DNA of 64,000 bases from Erysipelotrichaceae bacterium (lineage in GTDB: Bacteria; Bacillota_I; Bacilli_A; Erysipelotrichales; Erysipelotrichaceae), in assembly GCA_017405785.1 (NCBI GenBank), contig JAFQZR010000024.1, positions 14,750 to 78,749 on the forward strand, given 5' to 3'. Under the pieces are notes generated by a model. That model was not told the origin of the DNA, searched no databases, and saw nothing but the letters and a program-made list of their open reading frames with translations. Below are positions 56,469 to 64,000 of this stretch, one piece after another. The stretch's first letter is position 1; every line of letters starts with the position of its first letter. Made by a program: the position numbers and the translations under genes.

Positions 56469-58094
56469 TTATCTGTCCTCCGCGGCCGCGGTGATACGCG
56501 GCACTATCTGCTGCTTACGGCTCATTACCTTTGGCAGGAACATATAGCCGTCGACATTTATCGCAATGTCTTCAAATGCGTATTTAACTATCATTTCATC
56601 CTCACCCTTGCATAACAGATATGATCCTGTTCCGTCAATCAGGGAGAATACCATGCAGGCAATGCTGAGATTGTTGTTGCGGGAGAATTCCTCCAGCAGG
56701 TCATTCATCTTTTCCCTGATACCGACAATGGCTTCAAAGCTTTCGATGTTGTTCTGACCGATGGCCACATTCTTCTTACCGATCTTGAATCTCTTCAGGT
56801 CATGGTGCAGAATGGATTCCATCGTCTTGTTCTTTAAGGAAGCTCCGGCTTTGAGAATGGCAGGCCCCAGTTCATCAATGTCCAGATGGGCAATGGCTGC
56901 CATCTTCTTACACTGATCAATGTCCTTCTGGGTACAGGTTACCGAACGGAAATGAACGGTATCTGACAGAATGGCGCAGCATAATAAGCCGGCCAGATCT
57001 TCAGGGATCTCGACATTCTTTTCTTCAAAGATCTCCGTAATGATTGTGGCACAGCTGCCGGTTCTTTCGTTGCGGAAGAATACCGGTGAAGCTGTCTTGA
57101 TGCCGCCGATACGGTGATGGTCAACGATCTCCAGGATGTTAGCCTCCTCTGCCCCGTCAAGACTCTGGGCAAATTCGTTATGGTCAACCAGGATCAGGTT
57201 ACGGCTGGCATGTTTCAATACGTGGAAACGGGAGAGCATGCCGATGACATGACCGTGGCGGTCAATTACCGGATACGCACGGAAACGGGATTTATTGATC
57301 TTGATCTTTACTTCATCAACATAGTCATCAAAGTTGAAGGTCGTAATGTCTTCAGCTTTGGTCATGATCAGGCTGATTGGTACCGCAAGGTCAATTTCAC
57401 GGGATATCATGTAGATACTGTGATTTGACATAAGAAGTGAGCACTGTTTTTCCCTGCAGAGTTCAGCGATGGATTCATCATAGAAATCTCCGGCAATGAT
57501 CAGAATGCGTGCTCCCTGCTCTATAGCCTGACGCTGTCTGGCCACATTATCAGATACGATGCACAGACGTTCATTACAATTAAAGTGCTGACCGGAAACT
57601 ACATAGATCTGACCATTAGAATTATTGCCGCAGTCAACAATGACTTTCGCCTTTATTACCTTCGCTATGTTGACCAAAGGAGTCTTCCGCAGAATGCTGT
57701 TTTTCTTTTCAAGATCATAAACTATCAGTGAAGTTATATCAGCCAGGGTAGCCATGCCCAGCAGCTGACGGTTTTCATCGGCTACAATAACGGATTTCTT
57801 ATGTTCTTCCCTCATCCTGTCCAGGATATCCTTGAACATATCGGTTTCCTTTACCAGTAAGACATCATCAAAGTCAATGTCGCGGACCTTGGTCTTGATG
57901 TCGCTGGCTAAAGGCGGTGCAAATTCATTGAATAAAGAAAGGATGTATTCAGTTTCCCGGTTAATGTCCCCTGCTCTGACAGCGATGGCATCGTAGCCCA
58001 GCTGCTGCTTGAGATAAGCATAGGCCATTGAGGAAATAATAGCATCCGAATCAGGATTCTTATGCCCTGTTACATATATCGTATCTTTTGCCAT
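56469..58094 (-). CDS. CBS-domain-containing family II (DHH/DHHA2) inorganic pyrophosphatase-like protein
   Basis: YVTGHKNPDSDAI and LVDHNE..DHHR motifs, with a CBS/DRTGG insert and a C-terminal DHHA2 region. Its stop abuts the M32 ATG. Confidence 0.8.
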   Translation of the reverse strand: MAKDTIYVTGHKNPDSDAIISSMAYAYLKQQLGYDAIAVRAGDINRETEYILSLFNEFAPPLASDIKTKVRDIDFDDVLLVKETDMFKDILDRMREEHKKSVIVADENRQLLGMATLADITSLIVYDLEKKNSILRKTPLVNIAKVIKAKVIVDCGNNSNGQIYVVSGQHFNCNERLCIVSDNVARQRQAIEQGARILIIAGDFYDESIAELCREKQCSLLMSNHSIYMISREIDLAVPISLIMTKAEDITTFNFDDYVDEVKIKINKSRFRAYPVIDRHGHVIGMLSRFHVLKHASRNLILVDHNEFAQSLDGAEEANILEIVDHHRIGGIKTASPVFFRNERTGSCATIITEIFEEKNVEIPEDLAGLLCCAILSDTVHFRSVTCTQKDIDQCKKMAAIAHLDIDELGPAILKAGASLKNKTMESILHHDLKRFKIGKKNVAIGQNNIESFEAIVGIREKMNDLLEEFSRNNNLSIACMVFSLIDGTGSYLLCKGEDEMIVKYAFEDIAINVDGYMFLPKVMSRKQQIVPRITAAAEDR

Positions 58095-58213
58095 GTTTTG
58101 TTCTCCTGTTTTTATTATAACCTTTTTATCAATACCTTAACACCCCTCAAAAACCAGGATAAGGGATGCTTTTTAATGACAGTAAGATTATAATGAAAAG
58201 AGAGGTATTAGCC

Positions 58214-59470
58214 ATGACACAGATGATAAAAGAACCTTTTCTCGCCGACAACATCGATTATTCAACTTACAGCGATGTGGTATTTCAGATAAACAGCCTC
58301 GCCAAAGCTGACGCACTGGTAAACCCGGAAAAAACAGTTAATGCCACCATAGGAACCCTCTGCGGTGAAGACGGTAAGATCCTGGCCTTCAGGTCCGTTT
58401 ATGACAGTTTCCGGAAAGTACCGGATACCGTAAAAGCCAGCTATGCCAGCGATCTGGGAGGCAATCCTGACTTCCGTGAAGAGATCTTCAAGTGGATCAA
58501 CCGCAATAACAACATTGAACTGCCTCATGCTGTAATTGCTGCCCCGGGAGGAACCGGTGCCCTGTTTCTGATGTTTACCAGCTGCCTGAACAAGGGTGAA
58601 ACGGTACTATTGCCTGACATCTACTGGGGTTCATATAACCTGATGGTAAACAAGCATCAGCTCAAGAGCGAAAAATACCGGATCGCCGAAAATAATCAGG
58701 TATCGATCAGAGATCTGATGGCAAAATCTGAAAGCATCATGGAACGTCTGGGAAAGCTGATGGTCATTATCAATGACCCATGCCATAACCCTACCGGCAT
58801 ATCTCTGGGCTATGAAAAATGGTCACAGCTTATTGACTTCTTCAACAAACTGTCGGAAAAAGGCCCAGTCATTGTCGTAAATGATACCGCATATCTGGAT
58901 TTTGCTCATAATCCGGATCACATTACCGACTACATGGCTAACTTCAATAAGATCTCTGATAATGTCCTGCTCTCTCTGGCTTACAGCTGTTCCAAGGCCT
59001 TTACCTGCTATGGCGCCAGACTGGGTGCCAACATCATCCTGGCTAAAGATCCGCAAAGAGTAGCCAACATGGACAATGCCTTAAGAAGAGTCTTAAGAGG
59101 AACCTGGAGCAACGGCAATAACGGTTTCATGCACTGTGTTGTCGATGTCTTAAGAAATCACAAGGAAGAATACCTGCGGGAAAGAGATGCTTCCGTCGCC
59201 ATGCTGCAAAGACGTGCCGACATTGTCGTGAAGGAAGCTGAACAGTGCGGACTTCCACTCTACCCTTACCATGAGGGATTCTTCATCACCATACCTATCG
59301 AAGATACTGACCTTCTCAGCAGATATCATTCTGCCCTGATGAAGGATCATATCTATACCGTTAAATTCCAGAAAGGAATAAGAATAGCCATCTGCGGTCT
59401 GCCGGAAAAGAAATGTTACGGACTGGCTGCCAGAATGAAAGCTATATTAGAGGAGACCGTTAATGATTAA
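58214..59470 (+). CDS. Class I/II pyridoxal-phosphate aminotransferase (AspC/TyrB-like)
   Basis: PLP-lysine context YSCSKAFTCYGARLG and the NPTG motif. Start set at MTQMIKEPF (AGAGAGG upstream). Confidence 0.85.
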   Translation: MTQMIKEPFLADNIDYSTYSDVVFQINSLAKADALVNPEKTVNATIGTLCGEDGKILAFRSVYDSFRKVPDTVKASYASDLGGNPDFREEIFKWINRNNNIELPHAVIAAPGGTGALFLMFTSCLNKGETVLLPDIYWGSYNLMVNKHQLKSEKYRIAENNQVSIRDLMAKSESIMERLGKLMVIINDPCHNPTGISLGYEKWSQLIDFFNKLSEKGPVIVVNDTAYLDFAHNPDHITDYMANFNKISDNVLLSLAYSCSKAFTCYGARLGANIILAKDPQRVANMDNALRRVLRGTWSNGNNGFMHCVVDVLRNHKEEYLRERDASVAMLQRRADIVVKEAEQCGLPLYPYHEGFFITIPIEDTDLLSRYHSALMKDHIYTVKFQKGIRIAICGLPEKKCYGLAARMKAILEETVND

Positions 59471-60287
59471 AGCCGCCCTGATGTACGATTTTGACAAGAC
59501 CCTGTGTACCCGCAACATGCAGGAATATGATCTGCTGCCGGAACTGGGTGTTGAACCTGATGAATTCTGGAAGGAAGTCAGCGATTTAAGCCGCAAGGAA
59601 AACATGGAGTCCACCCTGGCCTACATGTATTTATTGCTGGAAAAATCACGTGACAGAGGTTTTTATGTCAAAAGAGAAAACTTTCAGGCCTTAGGAAAGA
59701 CCATTGAATTCTATCCGGGAGTTAAGGAATACTTCAGTCGTATCAACGATTACGGCAGACAGCGCGGTGTTGAAATACAGCATTTCATCATCTCATCCGG
59801 TACCAAGGAAATCCTTGAAGGCTGTGACATCTATGATGAATTTGAAAGAGTCTATGCCTGTGAGTTCCACTATGATTCCAAGGGTAATGCTGACTGGCCA
59901 GCCATCGCCATCAACTACACCTCAAAAACTCAGTTCATTTTCCGTATCAACAAGAATGCTCTGGAAATATACGATGACAAGAAGGTCAATGCCCACCTTG
60001 ACCGCAACCAGCGTGACATTCCTTTTACTAACATGGTATACCTCGGTGATGGTATGACTGATGTTCCTTGCATGAAGATCGTCAAAGATAATGGAGGCTA
60101 TTCCATCTGCGTTTACGATGATGACAGAACGGTAGCTGAAGATCTGCTGCAGCATAACCGTGTCAACTTTGCCAAACAGGCTGATTACCGCGAAGGCAGT
60201 CCGTTGGATCTGACAATAAAGGCCCTCATTGACAAAATCGTTCACGAAGAAGAACTCAGACAGATTAAGGATGAGTTTTATAAGTAA
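59463..60287 (+). CDS. HAD-superfamily hydrolase
   Basis: Motif I MYDFDKTL and motif IV YLGDGMTDVP. It overlaps the aminotransferase stop by 8 nt. Confidence 0.8.
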   Translation: MIKAALMYDFDKTLCTRNMQEYDLLPELGVEPDEFWKEVSDLSRKENMESTLAYMYLLLEKSRDRGFYVKRENFQALGKTIEFYPGVKEYFSRINDYGRQRGVEIQHFIISSGTKEILEGCDIYDEFERVYACEFHYDSKGNADWPAIAINYTSKTQFIFRINKNALEIYDDKKVNAHLDRNQRDIPFTNMVYLGDGMTDVPCMKIVKDNGGYSICVYDDDRTVAEDLLQHNRVNFAKQADYREGSPLDLTIKALIDKIVHEEELRQIKDEFYK

Positions 60288-60288
60288 G

Positions 60289-60314
60289 AACAGAGTTTAA
60301 AGCTCTGTTTTTTC
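60289..60314 (+). terminator. Intrinsic terminator
   Basis: aacagag, loop tttaaag, ctctgtt, then ttttt. Confidence 0.75.
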
Positions 60315-60408
60315 ATGTAATTGTTTTGATAGTAAACTGACCGAAAAAACTATACAATTACAGTATGAACAAATCTGTAAATATCACGACAGACAGAGAG
60401 GAATGATT

Positions 60409-60585
60409 ATGAAAAAAGCTTTATTGTATTCCGTCGCTTTCATTCTCGCTTTTTATCTTTTTGGTGCATTCGGTGAGATCATGCGTGTTGAACATGGCAT
60501 GAGTGAAATGCAGGGTGGCATACTGATGTTATGCGGAGCAATGTGCGTGCTGGGTCTGTATATCAACAGCACTAGAAAGAAATAA
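60409..60585 (+). CDS. Small two-TM membrane peptide, function unknown
   Basis: 58 aa from the second ATG (AGAGAGGA 6 nt upstream). TM segments are LLYSVAFILAFYLFGAF and GILMLCGAMCVLGLYI. Confidence 0.5.
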   Translation: MKKALLYSVAFILAFYLFGAFGEIMRVEHGMSEMQGGILMLCGAMCVLGLYINSTRKK

Positions 60586-60586
60586 T

Positions 60587-60991
60587 ATGGAAGGATACCG
60601 TAATTTTACCGTGACCATGGATCACGCCTCTGACCGCTGTTCCCGCTGGAAAAATGTGGAGACCGGAGAAGAACTGAGTTATGCAGAAATGATGATAATA
60701 GCTGCTCATCTGGACTCTGAATATCCTTTGGAACAGCGCAGCTGGTACATCGTTTTCCCTGACGGGGAGATAGCTATTTTACATGAGGATTTTGATGAAA
60801 TCATGCCTCTGTTTCTGCCTTTGAATAATAAGAAAATTGTTAAAAAGTTTACCGGAGATGAGTTCAATCCGGCACGTTTTGATACAGATACACAACTTGA
60901 AATAAATGAAGCCAGATACTGCATACACTGCGGAAAAAGACTGGTACAGGGTGCAATCTACTGCCCTCACTGCGGGAAGAAGGTGAATTGA
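60587..60991 (+). CDS. Zinc-ribbon protein, function unknown
   Basis: 134 aa ending in a CxxC-x10-CxxC motif (CIHCGKRLVQGAIYCPHCG). Its ATG lies 1 nt after the upstream stop. Confidence 0.65.
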   Translation: MEGYRNFTVTMDHASDRCSRWKNVETGEELSYAEMMIIAAHLDSEYPLEQRSWYIVFPDGEIAILHEDFDEIMPLFLPLNNKKIVKKFTGDEFNPARFDTDTQLEINEARYCIHCGKRLVQGAIYCPHCGKKVN

Positions 60992-60992
60992 G

Positions 60993-62258
60993 ATGAAAAA
61001 ACGGTTTTTCATGATATTCACTTATCTATTGTGCTTTGCTGCCCCGGCCATTATCGTGGAATACTATGATCATTTTGTCGAAGCAATGAGTCCGGGTGAC
61101 AAGAAAATGGCTATTATGGCAGGTACTCTCGGCGTTATTATTATGGCCATAATTACCGGGTTTGGCGGCAGGAAAAAAGCAGATGCAGTGCAGGACACTG
61201 TTAAGAAAACAGTTTCAAAAGGTCCTAAAAACGGTGACATCCGTATTGTCAGAGACCCTGCTACCAAGGCTGAAAGAATCTTCCACTGGAACGAAAAAGA
61301 CGGAACCTGGGACAGTGATGACGGAACCTATCTGGATGAAGACAGAATGAAGGAATGGGAGAAACAACGTATCAGTGATCGGGAATGGCAGAAAGAACAG
61401 ATACGCAAACTGCGTGAAGGAGATACAGCTCTTGACCGTGAATTAAAAGAGATGAAGAAAAAGGAAAAAGAAGAGCTCGCCAAAATGGAAAAGGAAAACG
61501 CGGAGAGAGACAAGTTTGCGGAAAAACACGGAGTCTATGAGACAACTGCTGAAGACCGTAAAAAGTGGCTAGATGAAATGATGAGCAAGGAATCTCTGAA
61601 CAGCCAGGAACAGATCGAATACGGTAATGAATTTGATAAGATTGTAAACCGTCTGGAATGGATCCAGTGGGCTGCTGATACTGGAGTTGATATCATCGAC
61701 ATCTGTTCTCTGGGAACTCTTAAACCTATCAAGTATGTTTATATATCAAGCCGCAACATGGCCGGTGAGATGATGTACGCAACTGTCAGAAAAAAAGGAC
61801 TGACAACAGGCATAACCAGAGGCCTTGTTAAAACCGGCATAGATATAACACAGGACAGAACAAATAAAATAGGTTACAAATATCTCTCTAATGGACTGGG
61901 TGATGGAATTAAGGGAGCAATGGATGCCAAGGAAGGCGAAAGAACAAAGGCTTTCTTCAAAGAAGGGCTTAAAGGAACCTTACGTACAGGTATCGAACAT
62001 GGCATGGAAAACGTGAAGCTTCCTAAAAGCGGTAAAGCAGCTAAGATAGCCAAGGAAACGACCGAAAAGTCTTCCAAGATTCTGGGTCTGCAGCAGTCAG
62101 GCGCATTAAGTCAGAAAACCGCCAACGGTCTGCGTCGGGTCATCCGCTCCGATGGAGCCCAGAAAATCGCTGCCGAAACTAATAAAAATAAAGATCTTCT
62201 GAATACGGGGCTTGGAAAACTGAGTGACGGAGTCGTCAACTTCTTCCGGGGAGATTAA
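60993..62258 (+). CDS. Membrane-anchored coiled-coil protein with a Gly/Lys-rich C-terminal region, function unknown
   Basis: 421 aa with two N-terminal TM helices and a Glu/Lys-rich segment (EWEKQRISDREWQKEQIRKLREGD...KKKEKEELAKMEKENAERDK). I recognise no family motif. Confidence 0.65.
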   Translation: MKKRFFMIFTYLLCFAAPAIIVEYYDHFVEAMSPGDKKMAIMAGTLGVIIMAIITGFGGRKKADAVQDTVKKTVSKGPKNGDIRIVRDPATKAERIFHWNEKDGTWDSDDGTYLDEDRMKEWEKQRISDREWQKEQIRKLREGDTALDRELKEMKKKEKEELAKMEKENAERDKFAEKHGVYETTAEDRKKWLDEMMSKESLNSQEQIEYGNEFDKIVNRLEWIQWAADTGVDIIDICSLGTLKPIKYVYISSRNMAGEMMYATVRKKGLTTGITRGLVKTGIDITQDRTNKIGYKYLSNGLGDGIKGAMDAKEGERTKAFFKEGLKGTLRTGIEHGMENVKLPKSGKAAKIAKETTEKSSKILGLQQSGALSQKTANGLRRVIRSDGAQKIAAETNKNKDLLNTGLGKLSDGVVNFFRGD

Positions 62259-62264
62259 AAAAAG

Positions 62265-62294
62265 AAAGGACTGAATTATCAGTCCTTTGTTTTT
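62265..62294. terminator. Bidirectional terminator between convergent genes
   Basis: aaaggactga, loop atta, tcagtccttt, then gttttt: a perfect 10 bp stem. Confidence 0.75.
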
Positions 62295-62772
62295 AATGTG
62301 AACGGAAAGTAACCATTCCAGCCCAGTCAAGGAAATCAGCTTCGAATTTCTTGACATCTGTATTGTCACAGATGAAGTTGACCAGCCAGAAACCGTCTTC
62401 AACTTGATACACACCTATCATGTTGTATGAGGTAAGACCGTTTATTTCACTTTCATAACTGAAGACATTGTAGTTTTTGAAACTGCGGTCCAGTAAAAGC
62501 GTCTTATCACTTGAGAAGAAAGCTGTGAACTCATCAAGAGTGATGTCTTCTATACCGTTGTTCTCCAAGAATTTCTTGTCCGCATGAGAACAAAGAACTA
62601 TGGCATCTCCTGATGTCAGCATATATTCATAATCATCACTATGCCCTTCTGTAAATCCTTCCGGTAAAGTAAGGGTAATTGTACCGTTACTATACTGTGT
62701 TAACCGTTTCTTACAGCCGTAAGTCGGAACAAGTAACACTAATAGTACCAGTAAAATCATCAGTTTTTTCAT
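62293..62772 (-). CDS. Hypothetical lipoprotein
   Basis: 159 aa with a signal peptide and lipobox VPTYGC. GGAGGA lies upstream. Confidence 0.65.
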   Translation of the reverse strand: MKKLMILLVLLVLLVPTYGCKKRLTQYSNGTITLTLPEGFTEGHSDDYEYMLTSGDAIVLCSHADKKFLENNGIEDITLDEFTAFFSSDKTLLLDRSFKNYNVFSYESEINGLTSYNMIGVYQVEDGFWLVNFICDNTDVKKFEADFLDWAGMVTFRSH

Positions 62773-62858
62773 TTATATCCTCCAGAAAAGTGTTGTGTTC
62801 AAAATAACAGTAATATTATATCGTTTTTCCCCTGGTAACTCAAACACTTTTTCAATTC

Positions 62859-62887
62859 TTGAAAAATGGTATACGTGTTGATATAAT
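62859..62887 (+). promoter_or_regulatory. Near-consensus sigma-A promoter of tRNA-Leu
   Basis: TTGAAA (62859-64), a 17 nt spacer, then TATAAT (62882-87), 10 nt before the mature tRNA 5' end. Confidence 0.7.
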
Positions 62888-62897
62888 TAATGCGCAT

Positions 62898-62980
62898 GCG
62901 CATGTGGCGAAATTGGCAGACGCACCAGACTTAGGATCTGGCGGGCAACCGTGGGGGTTCGAGTCCCTTCATGCGCACCA
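62898..62980 (+). tRNA. tRNA-Leu (anticodon UAG), class II with long variable arm, CCA encoded
   Basis: Acceptor stem gcgcatg/catgcgc. Anticodon stem ccaga/tctgg with loop cTTAGga. 11 nt variable arm. T-loop GTTCGAGTC. 3' ACCA. Confidence 0.9.
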
Positions 62981-62991
62981 TATAAAACAAT

Positions 62992-63020
62992 AAACCGGAA
63001 TATCAGAATTCCGGTTTTTA
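62992..63020. terminator. Bidirectional terminator after the tRNA and the Cof-type gene
   Basis: aaaccggaat, 6 nt loop, attccggttt, then tta: a perfect 10 bp stem. Confidence 0.75.
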
Positions 63021-63827
63021 TTTGTAATATCGATTGAAGATCTCCGTTATCGGATCTTCATTATTGGTTGCTTCCAGGATCACATCACAGTGTTCCATAA
63101 TACCAGGATTGCTGTTTCTCACCCCTATTGCCAGCCCGGCTTGATTCAGCATTGTAATATCGTTGACATGGTCTCCGACAGCTATGGTATCAGCCGGATC
63201 GACATTCAGTATTTCTGCCAGTTTCCTTAATCCCAGGCCTTTATTGGCATTGCGGTTATTGAACTCCAGATAACGGTTGCTGGAATATGATACAGCCAGT
63301 CCTTCAGTAAGCTTCTTTATCTCATCTGCAATCTGATACAGTTTATTCATATCCGTATCCATGTACAGAGTCTTGATGATCTGCTGACCTTTCAGAAAAT
63401 CAATGTCATCACAGAAAATCTCTTCGATCGGCATTCTGCCTTCGGTATATTTTCTTTCTGCATCGCAATAGTTCCATATGTAGACGACATCTTCAGTATA
63501 TACATGTACAGTCAGATTGCGTCTGACGCCTTCACGGAATAAAGCACTGGCTTTATCAAAGTCGATGCCCCGCATATACAGAGCCTTGTTTTTTCTGTTT
63601 TCGGTAATCATACCGCCGTTAAAGGAAATGGTATATTCGTTAGGTTTCTCGTATAAATCGAGTTTCTTCTGCAAATCAAAAGTTGTGTTATATCCTCTGC
63701 CTGTAGCCAGGACAAACTTGACTCCCATAGTTGAGAGTTTTTCAATTGTTTCAATGTCTCTTTGAGAAACTTCATGCTGATCATTCAGCAGTGTTTCATC
63801 CAGGTCGCAGGCAATGACCTTATACAT
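63018..63827 (-). CDS. Cof-type HAD-IIB family hydrolase
   Basis: Motif I IACDLDETLL and motif IV AVGDHVNDITM. Start set at MYKVIACD instead of ORF-track position 63884. Confidence 0.85.
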   Translation of the reverse strand: MYKVIACDLDETLLNDQHEVSQRDIETIEKLSTMGVKFVLATGRGYNTTFDLQKKLDLYEKPNEYTISFNGGMITENRKNKALYMRGIDFDKASALFREGVRRNLTVHVYTEDVVYIWNYCDAERKYTEGRMPIEEIFCDDIDFLKGQQIIKTLYMDTDMNKLYQIADEIKKLTEGLAVSYSSNRYLEFNNRNANKGLGLRKLAEILNVDPADTIAVGDHVNDITMLNQAGLAIGVRNSNPGIMEHCDVILEATNNEDPITEIFNRYYK

Positions 63828-63828
63828 G

Positions 63829-64000
63829 TTAAAGAATCTCCAACAGATCTGAAATCTTATTAATGCGGGTAACCGGATATTCACACGGTCTGGCCTGATT
63901 TGACGGCCAGATCCAGATAGGTATCATGCCTGAATTGAAAGCACCGACAATGTCAGCAGAGAAAGTATCTCCGACATATACGCATTCTTCACACTTTAAA
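63829..64000 (-). CDS. HAD-family hydrolase, C-terminal 56 aa only (gene runs off the right edge)
   Basis: Own translation: LKCEECVYVGDTFSADIVGAFNSGMIPIWIWPS...SDLLEIL*. It carries HAD motif IV (VGDxxxxDIxGAxxxGM). The stop lies 1 nt before the Cof ATG. Confidence 0.6.
   Translation of the reverse strand, partial: LKCEECVYVGDTFSADIVGAFNSGMIPIWIWPSNQARPCEYPVTRINKISDLLEIL

Noticed and set aside
62892-62903. Tandem gcgcat/gcgcat duplication (palindrome GCGCATGCGC) at the 5' edge of tRNA-Leu
   Set aside because: The second copy is simply the acceptor stem. The 6 nt upstream copy is too short to argue for an integration scar, and no matching repeat was seen downstream.
1-64000. Search for CRISPR arrays, transposases, integrases, phage genes, toxin-antitoxin pairs or known defence-system signatures
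   Set aside because: I found no regularly spaced repeats other than the 21 bp triplet at 20189-20244. No DDE, serine or tyrosine recombinase motifs appeared in any ORF. No long inverted terminal repeats were noticed. Absence is judged by eye only, and an HMM scan would be needed to be sure.

Overview
This 64 kb chromosomal segment comes from a low-GC Gram-positive bacterium (Bacillota). That call is an inference from the gene set: a tsaEBD-rimI operon, Rex, T-box control, lipobox lipoproteins and GGAGG ribosome-binding sites. Coding density is high and most genes are on the minus strand.

Main content:
- Two paralogous heterodimeric ABC exporter operons, one with a MarR regulator.
- A T-box-controlled asnS, followed by rex and the yggS-ogt-tsaE-tsaB-rimI-tsaD operon.
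- A P2-type cation ATPase behind what I read as a yybP-ykoY (Mn2+) riboswitch.
- An Ldh_2-family dehydrogenase plus malic enzyme pair.
- A roughly 13 kb starch/maltodextrin locus with lipoprotein amylase, pullulanase, a putative starch-binding lipoprotein and a MalEFG-type importer whose MsmX-like ATPase is unusually long.
- A BMP-family nucleoside ABC importer with a nucleoside hydrolase.
- An ADP-ribosylglycohydrolase fusion co-transcribed with an M32 carboxypeptidase and a CBS-type pyrophosphatase.
- One tRNA-Leu(UAG).

I saw no CRISPR array, transposase, integrase or recognisable prophage or defence gene.

The most unexplained items are:
- a tightly coupled three-gene membrane/zinc-ribbon operon at 60.4-62.3 kb
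- an orphan RmlD-like plus Rpe-like gene pair
- the ARH fusion operon
- a stand-alone RarA C-terminal domain protein
- three direct repeats with exact 21 bp phasing upstream of yggS
- two apparently leaderless genes

All family calls rest on motifs I recognised by eye. No database search or folding computation was run.
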